A DNA stretch of 61,197 nt from an uncultured Clostridia bacterium (GTDB taxonomy: Bacteria > Bacillota > Clostridia > Christensenellales > UBA1242), in NCBI GenBank assembly GCA_944331845.1, contig CALVIT010000002.1, forward strand, positions 1 through 61,197, given 5' to 3'. Positions within the stretch are counted from its first letter, which is position 1, and each line of letters starts with the position of its first letter. The notes below the pieces were generated by a model that saw only the letters and a program-made list of their open reading frames with translations, made no database searches and was not told where the DNA came from. Shown one piece after another: positions 43,304 through 56,500 of this stretch. The position numbers and the translations under genes were made by a program.

Positions 43304-45076
43304 ATGAATACTTTGACTAAAAAAAATAAATATTTAACATTTTTATCTTTATTTTGTGTTATAAGCACAATGATAGTTTATTTTGTAGCCCAATCATTTT
43401 TGTCGATATTTATTTCCTATGCTGGAAGACCAACATTAGATACGCTTTATACTAAGTCTACTATTTACATAGCAGGCAACGAAAACCATAGTGCAGATGA
43501 GACCACGGCACCCGCACTTTTTACACAATCTGGAATTAATGCGAGTGTGCTTATTGATTTAATATCAATGATTAATGATTCTAAAGTATGGGGAAATAAG
43601 TCATTGAACGAGAATGCTCCTACATATTTTAATGCGAAAGATTTTAGCAATTATAGTAATGTAGCGACATACTCACAGATAGTTGTAAAATTATTTGATG
43701 GGCAAGATTTAGGGTCTATAACAACTACGGTTGATGGACAAGTGGTAGATATAAGTCAAGCGACACAACAATTTTGGCAAGTTGTATATCGTTCTATAGA
43801 TGATAATCTAGATGTTTTAACCTTATATATGACTAGACCATTTGCTGAGACTTCATTTAATGCAAAAAAATATGAGAATGAAGAAGGTAATTTACAAGTT
43901 TACGAAGGAAGCAATTTACAAGATGCAGTAGTAAAAACTTGGAATCAAATAGTAAATACATATTCAAATATAAATTTATCTCGTTATGCGATAAGTCCTA
44001 GTGAAATTCCGGGACAATGGCAGGTTGACACTGCTCAACCAGGTAACAGTTATAGTCATAGGAATGGGTTACTTGGTAATTCTTTGTATGATGAATTATG
44101 GGTGCCTAGTGCTTACGAAGTTCAAGATGTAGACGAAGAAGATGTAGCGACCATTTCAGCATTAACTAATTCAAATACTATAGACCCTGAAGAGAAATAT
44201 TGGGGTGTAGATGGGCGAACAGGTCTATGGGAGTTAAATGCTTATGATAGGGCGTGGGGCGAATGCAATGAGACTGTTCACGCTTGGTTAAGGTCTGGAA
44301 GTACAATGTACCCATTACAACAAAGGGTTGTAACAAATGATGGGGATTCCTATAGGCGTGAAATTTATTTAGATGAAGGGGTAGGTATAAGAGTCGCTAT
44401 ACACCTTGATATAAAAGCAATGCTTGAAGACTGCAATATTTCGCAAGCGTCAGTTTCTTATCAAGGGGATGCGTGCAATGTTCCTACTTTAACAGTTAAT
44501 AATGTAGAACTTGAGAATGCTTGTATTAAAGCAAATGATGAGAATAGCGAATTTTTGTTGGCAACTACCTACGATGAAGGAGCGGTTGGCGGACTAAAAT
44601 CTATTACAAATTTGAATACAGGCATAGAAACACCCATTACATTTATAGATAACAATAGTCTAAGAGCAAGCAATGGAGTAGCAGATATTGTAGTCTTAAA
44701 TACGGGAAATGGTGAAATACAATATTCAATAAGCAATATTGAATTAGGTAATTATCAATTTAATATTGATTATCACATACCAAAGTATAGTACGACATTA
44801 AATATAAGTGCAACAAATACAACCGATGTCTTATTAATTATTAGTTCTAATGAAGGTCAAGTAATACTATATAAGGTACAAGCAAATAGCGGAAGCGTAA
44901 ATATTTTAATGCCTAATTTGATGGTAGGAAGTACCTATAAGATAGCGGTTATAAATGGGACAATTGGCGGAACCTTGCAAGAAGAAGGTGGAGCAACTAT
45001 AGAGCAGAATACTTATACATTTGTATGTAATACTGACAATGCTACCATTACACTAAGCGGTATAACAATATCTTAG
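43304..45076 (+). CDS. Membrane-anchored extracellular protein of unknown function
   Basis: An N-terminal TM helix (YLTFLSLFCVISTMIVYFVA) is followed by ~550 aa. The ELWVPSAYEV...AWLRSGS segment resembles the WWLRS motif of DUF6273-type domains. Confidence 0.5.
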   Translation: MNTLTKKNKYLTFLSLFCVISTMIVYFVAQSFLSIFISYAGRPTLDTLYTKSTIYIAGNENHSADETTAPALFTQSGINASVLIDLISMINDSKVWGNKSLNENAPTYFNAKDFSNYSNVATYSQIVVKLFDGQDLGSITTTVDGQVVDISQATQQFWQVVYRSIDDNLDVLTLYMTRPFAETSFNAKKYENEEGNLQVYEGSNLQDAVVKTWNQIVNTYSNINLSRYAISPSEIPGQWQVDTAQPGNSYSHRNGLLGNSLYDELWVPSAYEVQDVDEEDVATISALTNSNTIDPEEKYWGVDGRTGLWELNAYDRAWGECNETVHAWLRSGSTMYPLQQRVVTNDGDSYRREIYLDEGVGIRVAIHLDIKAMLEDCNISQASVSYQGDACNVPTLTVNNVELENACIKANDENSEFLLATTYDEGAVGGLKSITNLNTGIETPITFIDNNSLRASNGVADIVVLNTGNGEIQYSISNIELGNYQFNIDYHIPKYSTTLNISATNTTDVLLIISSNEGQVILYKVQANSGSVNILMPNLMVGSTYKIAVINGTIGGTLQEEGGATIEQNTYTFVCNTDNATITLSGITIS

Positions 45077-45289
45077 AAAGTAGTACTTTATTCAATATTA
45101 TGAGCCCGTATCTGTATAATAATTATTTGAGTATTTATAAAAATTGATTCTAATAATGAGTCTATACAAAATATTTTGTTATACTATTATAGTAGGATAG
45201 TAGTAGACTTAAAACTAAATTTTGTTATAAATTATGTATAAAAATTATCAATAAAAGTATAAAAATTTTTGACAAATGTATAAAAATTG

Positions 45290-45318
45290 TTGACAAAAAT
45301 ATCAAAATGTGATATATT
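45290..45318 (+). promoter_or_regulatory. Sigma-A-type promoter of infC-rpmI-rplT, the second copy of a duplicated ~21-bp GTATAAAAATTnTTGACAAA unit
   Basis: TTGACA-N17-TATATT. An identical -35 context is repeated 21 bp upstream at 45269-45274. Confidence 0.55.
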
Positions 45319-45484
45319 ATTGTCGTTCAAAGAAGAAGGATGCTTCTCACCTGTCGGGCAAAGCCTAGATTGTGTTCAAATTAGATTTTTTTGAAGTGGT
45401 TTTTCTTGAACAAGTTAAAATCACTTTTTTCGTAAAATTTCGCGAGTTTTATGAATATATGTGTATAAGAACAAATATGGTTAA
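45319..45484 (+). promoter_or_regulatory. Long infC leader, candidate L20-responsive leader/attenuator
   Basis: The ~165-nt leader contains hairpin plus U-tract elements, for example GAAGTG...CACTTTTTTCG around 45395-45440. In Bacillota this position holds the L20 leader. Sequence identity to that family was not verified. Confidence 0.35.
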
Positions 45485-46051
45485 ATGGAGGAAACTAAAC
45501 TGAAAGACTTACCGATTAATGAACAGATCAAAGCACCTAAAGTTATGGTCATAGATGCCGATGGAACTAAAATGGGTGAAATATCAACACAAACTGCACT
45601 TGAGCGTGCTAAATCACAAGGATTAGATTTGGTTATGGTATCACCTAACGCTACTCCTCAGGTTTGCAAAATAATGGACTATGGTAAATACAAGTTTGAT
45701 TTGCAAAAGAAACAAAAAGACAGCAAGAAGGCTTCAAAAAATCTTGAGATGAAACAAATCAAATTATCTATGAAGATTAGTGAAGGAGATTTGGAGTACA
45801 GAGCGAAACAAGTTCTTAAATTTGCTGAGAAAGGTTACAAAGTCAAAGTATACATTGAGAAGAGCAGAGGAAGAGCACAAATATATGACGGTAAAGGTCT
45901 TGATATTTTGAGAAAGTTTGCAGAGATGGTTTCTAGTGAATATCGTATTGAGAAGGAACCTAGTTTTGGGGTCTACGATGTCAATATGATTTTAACCGTT
46001 ATGACTAAAAAAGAAAAGGAGTTGAAAAATGCCAAAACAGAAAACGAATAA
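45485..46051 (+). CDS. infC: Translation initiation factor IF-3
   Basis: [21 protein letters not shown]... and KEKELKN are typical of IF-3. The ATG at 45485 lacks an SD, while the GGAGG at 45487-45491 would serve an in-frame CTG at 45500. The true start may therefore be non-AUG, as is common for infC. Confidence 0.9.
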   Translation: MEETKLKDLPINEQIKAPKVMVIDADGTKMGEISTQTALERAKSQGLDLVMVSPNATPQVCKIMDYGKYKFDLQKKQKDSKKASKNLEMKQIKLSMKISEGDLEYRAKQVLKFAEKGYKVKVYIEKSRGRAQIYDGKGLDILRKFAEMVSSEYRIEKEPSFGVYDVNMILTVMTKKEKELKNAKTENE

Positions 46052-46223
46052 GAGCGCAACAAAGCGTTTCAAATTGAGAAAAAGTGGCTCAATCAAGAGA
46101 AATAAGCAAAATAGAAGTCACATTTTAACTAAAAAGTCGGCAAAAAGAAAAATGCACTTAAGAAAAGGGACTAATGTCAGCAAAGCAGACGAGAAGAAGA
46201 TTAAGACCCTTATGAATGCGTAG
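46029..46223 (+). CDS. rpmI: 50S ribosomal protein L35
   Basis: [24 protein letters not shown] matches the L35 N-terminus. AAGGAG lies 7 nt upstream. The gene overlaps the infC end. Confidence 0.95.
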   Translation: MPKQKTNKSATKRFKLRKSGSIKRNKQNRSHILTKKSAKRKMHLRKGTNVSKADEKKIKTLMNA

Positions 46224-46240
46224 TATAGAAGGAGAGAATA

Positions 46241-46585
46241 ATGAGAATAAAAAGAGGCGTTAATGCTATCAAAAAAAGAAGAAAGGTAATGAAGGCAGCC
46301 AAAGGTTATTGGGGTGCTAAAAGCAAATTATATAGAGTTGCTCGTGAACAAGTTATGAAGTCAGGGCAATACGCTTATATTGGTAGAAAGTTAAGAAAAA
46401 GAGATATGCGTCAACTTTGGATTGCTAGAATCAATGCTGCGTGCAGAATTAATGGTTTATCTTACTCAAAATTTATGCACGGACTAAAAGTTGCTAATAT
46501 CGAATTGAACCGTAAAGTTTTAGCTGATATGGCAGTTACTGACCCAGCAAGTTTTGCAGACCTTTGTGCTAAAGTGTCTAAATAA
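46241..46585 (+). CDS. rplT: 50S ribosomal protein L20
   Basis: [38 protein letters not shown] is typical of L20. Confidence 0.95.
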   Translation: MRIKRGVNAIKKRRKVMKAAKGYWGAKSKLYRVAREQVMKSGQYAYIGRKLRKRDMRQLWIARINAACRINGLSYSKFMHGLKVANIELNRKVLADMAVTDPASFADLCAKVSK

Positions 46586-46594
46586 TTTGTAATG

Positions 46595-46625
46595 AACTCT
46601 TTGCTAATTGCAAAGAGTTTTTTTG
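46595..46625 (+). terminator. Intrinsic terminator after rplT
   Basis: AACTCTTTGC-taatt-GCAAAGAGTT hairpin followed by a T-run. Confidence 0.85.
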
Positions 46626-46804
46626 AGATTATTATCCTTAGCAATTTAAGTTTAAATACTAATAATTTTATTTAATATAAATAATGGTATAAGATAAAAA
46701 TTGATATTAAACTTAATAGATAAATTAAATTTAAATTCTTGTCTAATTAACAAAAATATGATACAATAATATGTAGTTGTATTGTTGCTAACTAAGGATA
46801 AAAT

Positions 46805-47710
46805 ATGATTTATAATGAATTGAAAGTTTGTCATACTATGTATGATATTAAAAATGTTGTTGATAAACACAAAAATAGTACTATCTGTCTATATGTAGCC
46901 GATAAAACACCTAAACAATGGGCTGAGTCAACAAGTTCAGTCTATATGAATAGTATTGACGCTAATATCTTATATTTGCCTGTAAATGTCAAAAAAGATG
47001 ATGATGAGATGTTACGAAATATTTATGAATTTAGTCTCAATAATAAGCAAATAGTTTGTATTAATCATACTCATCCGCATAAAAGCAATCGAGTTTTGAG
47101 ACATTTGCTAGACATAGGCGAAGGCGAATTTAATGCTGATGTTGTATTCAAAGATGGGGATAGATTTGTGCCTGTTGATTGCAATGGCCCAGCATTTATG
47201 GAGTTTTATAGAAATGATGTTGGTGAATTTACTAACAAAAATGTCGTAATACTTGGTGTAGGCGGAGCGGGAGAAATTATTGCAAGACTAATTAGCGTAT
47301 GTAAACCAAATTGTTTATATTTAGTTGATATTGTAGACAAGAATAAACTTGCGATAGATCTTAATAAGAATGTTACTACCAAATATTATGATAACATTGG
47401 GAAAGTTAGTGTTGATAATAATAGTATCGTAGTTATTAATTGTACAGGTTTAGATGATAATGGAAGTTTAAACTTAAATGAATTTTTGAAAAATCATAGC
47501 AGTAATGATAATATTTTTGTTGATATTAGAGCGAACATTACACAAGCGGTGCTAAATGCTAGCAAGTATAATTGGCATTCATACACAGGATTTGGAATGA
47601 ACTATAATAACGGGTACAGAATATTATCTAAATTATGTGATTTTGCTGACATTGAACCGCCGTCATTAGAGATGTTCAAAAAACTTGTATTGAGTGTTAC
47701 AAGGAATTAG
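46805..47710 (+). CDS. Divergent shikimate/quinate dehydrogenase-like Rossmann protein
   Basis: CINHTHPHKSN resembles the AroE NVTxPxK motif, DCNGPAF resembles NTDxxGF, and VVILGVGGAGEIIARLI is a dinucleotide-binding loop. The protein is divergent, so the function is uncertain. Confidence 0.45.
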   Translation: MIYNELKVCHTMYDIKNVVDKHKNSTICLYVADKTPKQWAESTSSVYMNSIDANILYLPVNVKKDDDEMLRNIYEFSLNNKQIVCINHTHPHKSNRVLRHLLDIGEGEFNADVVFKDGDRFVPVDCNGPAFMEFYRNDVGEFTNKNVVILGVGGAGEIIARLISVCKPNCLYLVDIVDKNKLAIDLNKNVTTKYYDNIGKVSVDNNSIVVINCTGLDDNGSLNLNEFLKNHSSNDNIFVDIRANITQAVLNASKYNWHSYTGFGMNYNNGYRILSKLCDFADIEPPSLEMFKKLVLSVTRN

Positions 47711-47739
47711 TTGCTTAAAATTATTTACAAGGTGAGATT

Positions 47740-48375
47740 ATGATTAATTGTGAGAATGATGAAGATAAATTATCTATTTATGAAGAAGATACGGTCTATA
47801 GTTATGACCCTTGTACCAATACGCAAATATTAAATACGACTTTTGAAATGAGAGGGCTAGTGAACAATTATTCTAACCCAATTAATAGTACGCTTGCTAA
47901 ACTATATGAAGCGTTGTTAATTAGAATATATAGAAATATTAGCATTAAGACCTTAGAAGATATTAAGAAGGAATCTATTAAAGATATAGATATTGCATAT
48001 AGTGGATATTTCAATGACTTAATGCGTAGAGAAGAATTAAATAAGTCTATCGATGGAGAAGTGCTATTAGATAGAATATCTAGGATGCTCGATAACATTG
48101 TCAATAAATCAAGTGATAATGTTGTGATTTATGAAGACTTGTCTAAAATTACTTCGATTAAAATAGATTTACTCGCTGACTTTGCAAGTGATATGGCACA
48201 AGTTGAGAAACAATTTTTGTATGATGATTTGGAGTATGTAGATAGGAAAGATAAACTAGACAAGTTAATTTGTGATTATGCTGTCAAAGTTAGCGAATAC
48301 TTATCTACTAATAATATAGATGCAACAAATTATCCATATATGGATGTTGTGAATTATTTTAAATGTGTATATTGA
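47740..48375 (+). CDS. Hypothetical protein (211 aa)
   Basis: ORF with an RBS-like aaggtgag upstream. No motifs were recognised. Confidence 0.5.
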   Translation: MINCENDEDKLSIYEEDTVYSYDPCTNTQILNTTFEMRGLVNNYSNPINSTLAKLYEALLIRIYRNISIKTLEDIKKESIKDIDIAYSGYFNDLMRREELNKSIDGEVLLDRISRMLDNIVNKSSDNVVIYEDLSKITSIKIDLLADFASDMAQVEKQFLYDDLEYVDRKDKLDKLICDYAVKVSEYLSTNNIDATNYPYMDVVNYFKCVY

Positions 48376-48435
48376 TTATAGTAAATTTTCTAAACTATAA
48401 AAGAGTTAAACGATTTTAAAATGAGGTGTCTTTAG

Positions 48436-49188
48436 TTGATAACAAGCAAACAAAACCAATACATAAAACTTATTAAAGTTTTGAGAACAAAAAAGGGCAG
48501 AAATGAACAGAAGAAATTAATCATTGAAGGCAAAAAGACCATTTTAGACTGTATAAAAATGGGAGTTGAATTTGATTATATATTGTACGATAACTCAGCA
48601 AAAGATTTTGTTGATACACTAAATATGAATGCTTTTGAGATATCTAGTGAATTATTGCAAGAGTTGTCAAGTCATATAACCCCTCAAGGTGTCATAGCGG
48701 TAGTGAAACAACCAAATTTTGTAACTGACAAACCACAAAGTAACTTTTTGGTGCTTGACGGGTTGCAAGATTCGGGGAATATAGGAACCATATTGAGAAC
48801 TGCACTAGCGACAGGCTTCAAGCGTGTAATTATGATTGATTGTGTAGACATATTTAGCGAAAAAGTTGTTAATTCATCAATGACCGCTATATTTAATTTG
48901 AATCTACAAAAGTGCAAAAGGAATGAATTTATTTCTTATATTAAAGAATGGAATTATCCACTATATGTCGCCGACTTGGATGGAGAAAACGCTTTGCATT
49001 TAACGGGCAAATGTGGTATAATTGGGTTAGTTATAGGCAATGAAGGGAATGGAGTTAGCGAAGAGATAAAAAATGTCGCTACTAAATCAATCACATTGCC
49101 AATGGATAGTAGCATTGAATCACTTAATGCAAGCATTGCAGCAGGTATTCTAATGTATATTATTAATTTTAATTTGAAAGGAGAATGA
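48436..49188 (+). CDS. TrmH/SpoU-family RNA 2'-O-methyltransferase (RlmB-like)
   Basis: LVLDGLQDSGNIGTILRTA, VIGNEGNGVS and SLNASIAAGILMY are the three SpoU motifs. The start is a TTG after GAGGTG. Confidence 0.8.
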   Translation: MITSKQNQYIKLIKVLRTKKGRNEQKKLIIEGKKTILDCIKMGVEFDYILYDNSAKDFVDTLNMNAFEISSELLQELSSHITPQGVIAVVKQPNFVTDKPQSNFLVLDGLQDSGNIGTILRTALATGFKRVIMIDCVDIFSEKVVNSSMTAIFNLNLQKCKRNEFISYIKEWNYPLYVADLDGENALHLTGKCGIIGLVIGNEGNGVSEEIKNVATKSITLPMDSSIESLNASIAAGILMYIINFNLKGE

Positions 49189-49192
49189 TATT

Positions 49193-49918
49193 ATGTCAGG
49201 TCATAGTGAATGGGCCAACAAAAAACATAGGAAAGAGAAGTCAGATGCTAAGAAGGCTAAGTACTTCACAAAAATAGGTAAGGAGATATCAGTTGCGGTC
49301 AAAGTGGGCGGTAATGCAGACCCTAATCTCAACCCTAGATTAGCAGCAGCTATTGCTAAAGCAAAACAATACAATATGCCAAATGAAAACATAGCAAGAA
49401 GCATAAAAAATGCTATGGGTATGAGTGATAAAGATAATTATGAAGAGATAGTGTACGAATGCTATGGGCCCGCTGGTTCAGCATTTGTCATAGAAGCATT
49501 GACTGACAACAAGAATAGAACAGCAGGAGACATTAGACATATTTTTGAAAAGAGTGGCGGTTCTATGGGAACTACAAATTGTGTGTTATTTATGTTTGAT
49601 AGGTTGGGCGTTGTAGTGATTGACTCAATAGATGTTGATGTGAACGCTATTGAAGAAGAATGCATAATGCTTGATGGCATACAAGATTTTAAACAAGAAG
49701 ATAGTACTTTCGTTATATACACTGAACCTTCTAAAGTTCTAGAGATTGCAAAAGTATTTGAAGACAAAGGCTACAAAGTATTGTCTTCTCAAGTAGAGAT
49801 GGTACCGCAAAATTTGATTGAATTAGATGAAAGTAAAGTTGAAAATTTTGAGAAATTGCTTGATAAACTTGATGATAACGATGACATACAAGAATATTAT
49901 CACAATGTGAAATATTAG
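49193..49918 (+). CDS. yebC: YebC/PmpR-family DNA-binding regulatory protein
   Basis: MSGHSEWANKKHRKEKSDAKKAKYFTKIGKEI is the hallmark N-terminus. The gene lies upstream of ruvC, as in many bacteria. Confidence 0.9.
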   Translation: MSGHSEWANKKHRKEKSDAKKAKYFTKIGKEISVAVKVGGNADPNLNPRLAAAIAKAKQYNMPNENIARSIKNAMGMSDKDNYEEIVYECYGPAGSAFVIEALTDNKNRTAGDIRHIFEKSGGSMGTTNCVLFMFDRLGVVVIDSIDVDVNAIEEECIMLDGIQDFKQEDSTFVIYTEPSKVLEIAKVFEDKGYKVLSSQVEMVPQNLIELDESKVENFEKLLDKLDDNDDIQEYYHNVKY

Positions 49919-49923
49919 AGGTT

Positions 49924-50421
49924 ATGATGAGAATTTTGGGCATTGACCCTGGACTAGCAACAATAGGTTTTGGAGTTGTTGAGAAGGTAAACTACAATTT
50001 TGAGGCAGTGGATTATGGTATTATTTCTACGCCTAAGGAAGATACTTTCCCCGATAGATTATTGACTATCTATCAGGCAACAGGTTCGCTTATCGACACA
50101 TTTAAACCCGATGCTATAGCGATAGAAGAGTTGTTTTTTATGAAAAATATCACTACAGGAATACCTGTTAGTCACGCTAGAGGTGTAATATTGCTTGCTT
50201 GCTACCAAAAGATGAAGAATATTTATGAGTATACGCCGATGCAAATAAAACTTGCTTTGACCGGCACAGGCAGTGCGGACAAGCACCAAATGCAATATAT
50301 GACTAAGAGCATTCTTAATCTTAAAGACATACCTAGACCAGATGATGCGGCAGATGCACTAGCAGTCGCTATTTGTCATGGACAAACTAATCAAATTCTT
50401 GTCGATAACCTTATAAAGTAA
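49924..50421 (+). CDS. ruvC: Holliday junction resolvase RuvC
   Basis: MRILGIDPGLATIGFGVV, AIEELFF and DAADALAVAICH motifs. Confidence 0.9.
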   Translation: MMRILGIDPGLATIGFGVVEKVNYNFEAVDYGIISTPKEDTFPDRLLTIYQATGSLIDTFKPDAIAIEELFFMKNITTGIPVSHARGVILLACYQKMKNIYEYTPMQIKLALTGTGSADKHQMQYMTKSILNLKDIPRPDDAADALAVAICHGQTNQILVDNLIK

Positions 50422-50436
50422 ATAAAGGGGTGAATT

Positions 50437-50865
50437 ATGATAGAATATAACCAAATACAACCAACTTCTAGAGCACTTAATGAATTATTTATTAACTGTG
50501 GACTTCAAGAAAGGGCGAAAACTTGTAACCTAATAAGAGCATTCAATAATTCTCTATTTGTTAACTATGCGTGGGATGGTGCTAGACCTGTTGGAGCGAT
50601 TCGTTGTATAGGCGATGGAGAAACAGTCCTATACATTGAAGATATCATTGTTGATAAGATGTATCAAAATAAGAAAATAGGTTCAAATCTATTAGTCTCA
50701 GCGCTCAAAAACTTTTCTCACATACCGAAGATAGTTTTTGCGTGTGATTATAATGACAAGGCAATTAATTTTGTCAGCAAATTTGGTTTTGTTGATGAGA
50801 TTCAATATGGTAAAAAAACTTTGATATATATGACTCGTGCTAAATGTAGCGTAATAAAAAAATAG
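50437..50865 (+). CDS. GNAT-family N-acetyltransferase
   Basis: IEDIIVDKMYQNKKIGSNLL matches the acetyl-CoA-binding motif A (Q/RxxGxG/A-like). The protein is 142 aa. Confidence 0.6.
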   Translation: MIEYNQIQPTSRALNELFINCGLQERAKTCNLIRAFNNSLFVNYAWDGARPVGAIRCIGDGETVLYIEDIIVDKMYQNKKIGSNLLVSALKNFSHIPKIVFACDYNDKAINFVSKFGFVDEIQYGKKTLIYMTRAKCSVIKK

Positions 50866-50869
50866 GTGT

Positions 50870-51472
50870 ATGATGATTAATTTTGTTGAAGGTAAAGTTG
50901 TAGCGAAATATGAAGGTATGGTAGTTATTGAGAACAACGGACTTGGGTACGAAATAAATATTTCTAATAATACCCTTGTTCAACTTCCTAATATAAATGA
51001 AGTTGTGCGATTACATACTGTACTTCTAGTGAGGGAAGATGGCATATCGCTTTTTGGTTTCTCAACGCTTGAAGAGAAAGATTTATTCAATAAATTGACA
51101 ACAGTAAGTGGCATTGGGGCAAAAAGTGCATTAGCGATTTTGTCTAGTCAGTCTTATCCTAATTTGGTTTCTTGTATAATAAATGGGGATGTCAATACCT
51201 TGTCTAAAGCAAAAGGAATTGGTAGAAAGACCGCCGAAAGAATTGTCCTAGAACTTAAGGACAAGATGGACGCAATAGGTGCATTCACTATGCAGGTTAA
51301 CATTGATGAGAGTCAATTTGTTCAAAATCAAGATGTAACAGATGCTATTGACTTGTTAGTCTCTCTTGGTATTCCAGCAACGCAAGCGACAAATTTAGTT
51401 AAGAAGTATGCTAGCGAATGTAAATCTGCAGAAGAAATAGTAAGTAAGACATTACAAAACTTGAATAGTTAA
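50870..51472 (+). CDS. ruvA: Holliday junction branch migration complex subunit RuvA
   Basis: GLGYEINIS, LFGF, and LTTVSGIGAKSALAIL plus KGIGRKTAERIVLELKDK (HhH motifs). Confidence 0.9.
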   Translation: MMINFVEGKVVAKYEGMVVIENNGLGYEINISNNTLVQLPNINEVVRLHTVLLVREDGISLFGFSTLEEKDLFNKLTTVSGIGAKSALAILSSQSYPNLVSCIINGDVNTLSKAKGIGRKTAERIVLELKDKMDAIGAFTMQVNIDESQFVQNQDVTDAIDLLVSLGIPATQATNLVKKYASECKSAEEIVSKTLQNLNS

Positions 51473-51483
51473 TAGGGTAGTAT

Positions 51484-52551
51484 ATGGAGTATAACGATAA
51501 TAGGTTTATAACAAGCACAAAAAAACTTTCAGACATAGATGTCGAGAACAGTTTACGACCAACCAAATTAGATGAATATGTTGGGCAAGAGAAGTTAAAG
51601 AGTAATTTGAAAGTCTACATTGAAGCGGCAAAAAGTAGAAAAGAATCTTTAGACCATGTATTGTTATTTGGGCCACCAGGGTTAGGTAAAACGACATTGT
51701 CTCATATAATCGCTAATGAATTGGGTACACAACTTAAGATAACAAGTGGACCGGCGATTGAGCACGCAGCGGATTTGGCGGCAATATTGACTAATCTTGG
51801 CAAAAATGATGTGCTTTTTATAGATGAGATACACAGATTGAATAGAGCAGTGGAAGAAATTTTGTATCCAGCGATGGAAGACTTCGCACTAGATTTTGTT
51901 GTTGGCAAGGGCCCAAGTGCTAGAAGTATGCGACTAAAAATTCAACCATTTACCTTAATAGGTGCGACAACAAGAGCAGGGATGTTGACAGGCCCATTGA
52001 GAGATAGATTTGGAGTGCTCGCTAGATTAGAGTTGTATAACGAATACGAACTCTCTGAAATATTATTAAGGTCAGCAAATATTTTGAACATAAAACTTGA
52101 TACCGACGCAAGTATAGAGATTGCTCGCCGTTCTCGTGGTACGCCTAGACTTGCTAACAGACTTCTAAAGCGTGTGCGTGATTTTGCAGAAGTTGTTGGG
52201 GAAGGTGTAATAAATGTTGAGATGGCTAAGAAAGCACTTAATATGATGGAAGTCGATGAATTGGGACTTGATTATACTGATAGAAGAATTTTGAGAACCA
52301 TTATTGAGAAATTTAATGGTGGACCTGTTGGACTAGATACTCTGTCTGCTTCGACAGGTGAAGAAGCGACTACAATAGAAGATGTATTTGAACCTTATCT
52401 ATTGCAGTTAGGTTTCATTGCTAGAACTTCACGAGGGCGTGTAGCAATGCCCGGAGCATATAAGCACTTAGGTATAGAGTTATCAGGCGAGAAGAAAGAA
52501 GAATTAGAAGAATTAGAGAAGTTAATTGCTAATGATGTTGATGGCAATTAA
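51484..52551 (+). CDS. ruvB: Holliday junction branch migration DNA helicase RuvB
   Basis: [23 protein letters not shown] (Walker A), LFIDEIHRL, and the sensor [11 protein letters not shown]. Confidence 0.95.
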   Translation: MEYNDNRFITSTKKLSDIDVENSLRPTKLDEYVGQEKLKSNLKVYIEAAKSRKESLDHVLLFGPPGLGKTTLSHIIANELGTQLKITSGPAIEHAADLAAILTNLGKNDVLFIDEIHRLNRAVEEILYPAMEDFALDFVVGKGPSARSMRLKIQPFTLIGATTRAGMLTGPLRDRFGVLARLELYNEYELSEILLRSANILNIKLDTDASIEIARRSRGTPRLANRLLKRVRDFAEVVGEGVINVEMAKKALNMMEVDELGLDYTDRRILRTIIEKFNGGPVGLDTLSASTGEEATTIEDVFEPYLLQLGFIARTSRGRVAMPGAYKHLGIELSGEKKEELEELEKLIANDVDGN

Positions 52552-52563
52552 TTAAAAGGATGA

Positions 52564-53703
<1,140 letters not shown>

Positions 53704-53778
53704 TTAGAAAATATAAATTAAGTCATTGCCTTTCTTTTTTGAGATAAAGGAAACCTTAAGTTAAAAATGGAGTATAAT

Positions 53779-54297
53779 ATGAAAAAATGCCCAAAGTGTG
53801 AAGCAAATTATATTAGTGATGACGAAGATATTTGTGCTGTATGTAAATCAGACAATAAAAATAACATAGAATTTAATTTTATAAAAAATACTAAAAGAAA
53901 TGATATAATTAAGATTGGAGATATCTTTCCATTAAGCAAAAATTCTCAATTAATAAATTATCTTACTGGCAAAAATATTGATAACTGGCCTCAGGCAACT
54001 TATAAATTGACTGACACATATTATATGTGGATTATTGCACTAGATGGAGTAGTAAGAAGTGGATGGAAAGATGTATTGTTGAAAGATGGAAGAATAAAGG
54101 AGAATTATATTGGAGACATATCAAATCTTCCTTCTAACTTTAGTAAAACCTTCAGCTATAAGTATAAGGCAGTTTTTGAAAAAAATGATGACAATTTTAT
54201 ATTTAAAGGAGTATATAAACTAGACATAGATAATACAACTTTATTTGAAAGATATTATGTTAAGGTTGCCGATGAATCAACTCTATGTGATTTTTAG
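53779..54297 (+). CDS. Hypothetical protein with N-terminal zinc-ribbon (CPKC...CAVC)
   Basis: I chose the ATG at 53779, 6 nt after GGAG. The four-Cys ribbon is at the N-terminus. The rest is unrecognised. Confidence 0.5.
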   Translation: MKKCPKCEANYISDDEDICAVCKSDNKNNIEFNFIKNTKRNDIIKIGDIFPLSKNSQLINYLTGKNIDNWPQATYKLTDTYYMWIIALDGVVRSGWKDVLLKDGRIKENYIGDISNLPSNFSKTFSYKYKAVFEKNDDNFIFKGVYKLDIDNTTLFERYYVKVADESTLCDF

Positions 54298-54302
54298 TAT
54301 TG

Positions 54303-54333
54303 AAAGACCTATATTCTACGGGGTCTTTTTTTT
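54303..54333 (+). terminator. Intrinsic terminator
   Basis: AAGACC-12 nt-GGTCTT hairpin followed by a T-run. Confidence 0.65.
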
Positions 54334-54458
54334 AAAGGTTCTTTGTCAATAATGGGGGTCAACAAAGTCATAGTAAAGAATATAGTTTTTTCTTTCCCAC
54401 CTAAAGAGAAATTTCTTTTGGTAAATTTTATAGACCCCCACGAATATTATAGAACCTT

Positions 54459-54491
54459 TAAAAAAAAGACTGTAAAAAAAATTACAGTCTT
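54459..54491 (-). terminator. Intrinsic terminator of groESL (minus strand)
   Basis: AAGACTGTAA-aaaaaa-TTACAGTCTT. An A-run on the + strand equals a T-run after the hairpin on the - strand. Confidence 0.8.
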
Positions 54492-54511
54492 CTTTATTAT
54501 AGTATCAATTA

Positions 54512-56143
<1,632 letters not shown>

Positions 56144-56147
56144 TTAA

Positions 56148-56435
56148 TTAGTCAATCAAAGCCAAAATATCGCTTTGTTTTATAATAATATAGTCTTCTC
56201 CTTGATAACGGAATTCATTTCCGCTATATTTAGGGAAAATAACTTTGTCGCCGACTTTAACTTTCATTTCTACTTGCTTACCATCGACAAGTCCACCTTC
56301 GCCAACAGCAACGACTGTAGCGATTGTGGGTTTCTCTTGGTCATTACTTCTCAAAACGAAACCAAAGGCGGTTGTTTTCTCTTCGTTTTCAATCGGTTTA
56401 ATAACAACCTTATCAAAAAGTGGTCTAATGTTCAT
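56148..56435 (-). CDS. groES: Co-chaperonin GroES
   Basis: MNIRPLFDKVVIKPIENEEKT... 95 aa, directly upstream of groEL. Confidence 0.95.
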   Translation of the reverse strand: MNIRPLFDKVVIKPIENEEKTTAFGFVLRSNDQEKPTIATVVAVGEGGLVDGKQVEMKVKVGDKVIFPKYSGNEFRYQGEDYIIIKQSDILALID

Positions 56436-56500
56436 AAGTCATCTCCTAATAAAAATTGACACATCAAATTTTCCTATCCAAAACTTTTTGTGCAATAAAT

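Noticed and set aside
46652-46870. 72-aa minus-strand ORF after rplT
   Set aside because: It is a low-complexity Ile/Asn/Phe translation of an AT-rich intergenic region that overlaps the start of the downstream + strand gene.
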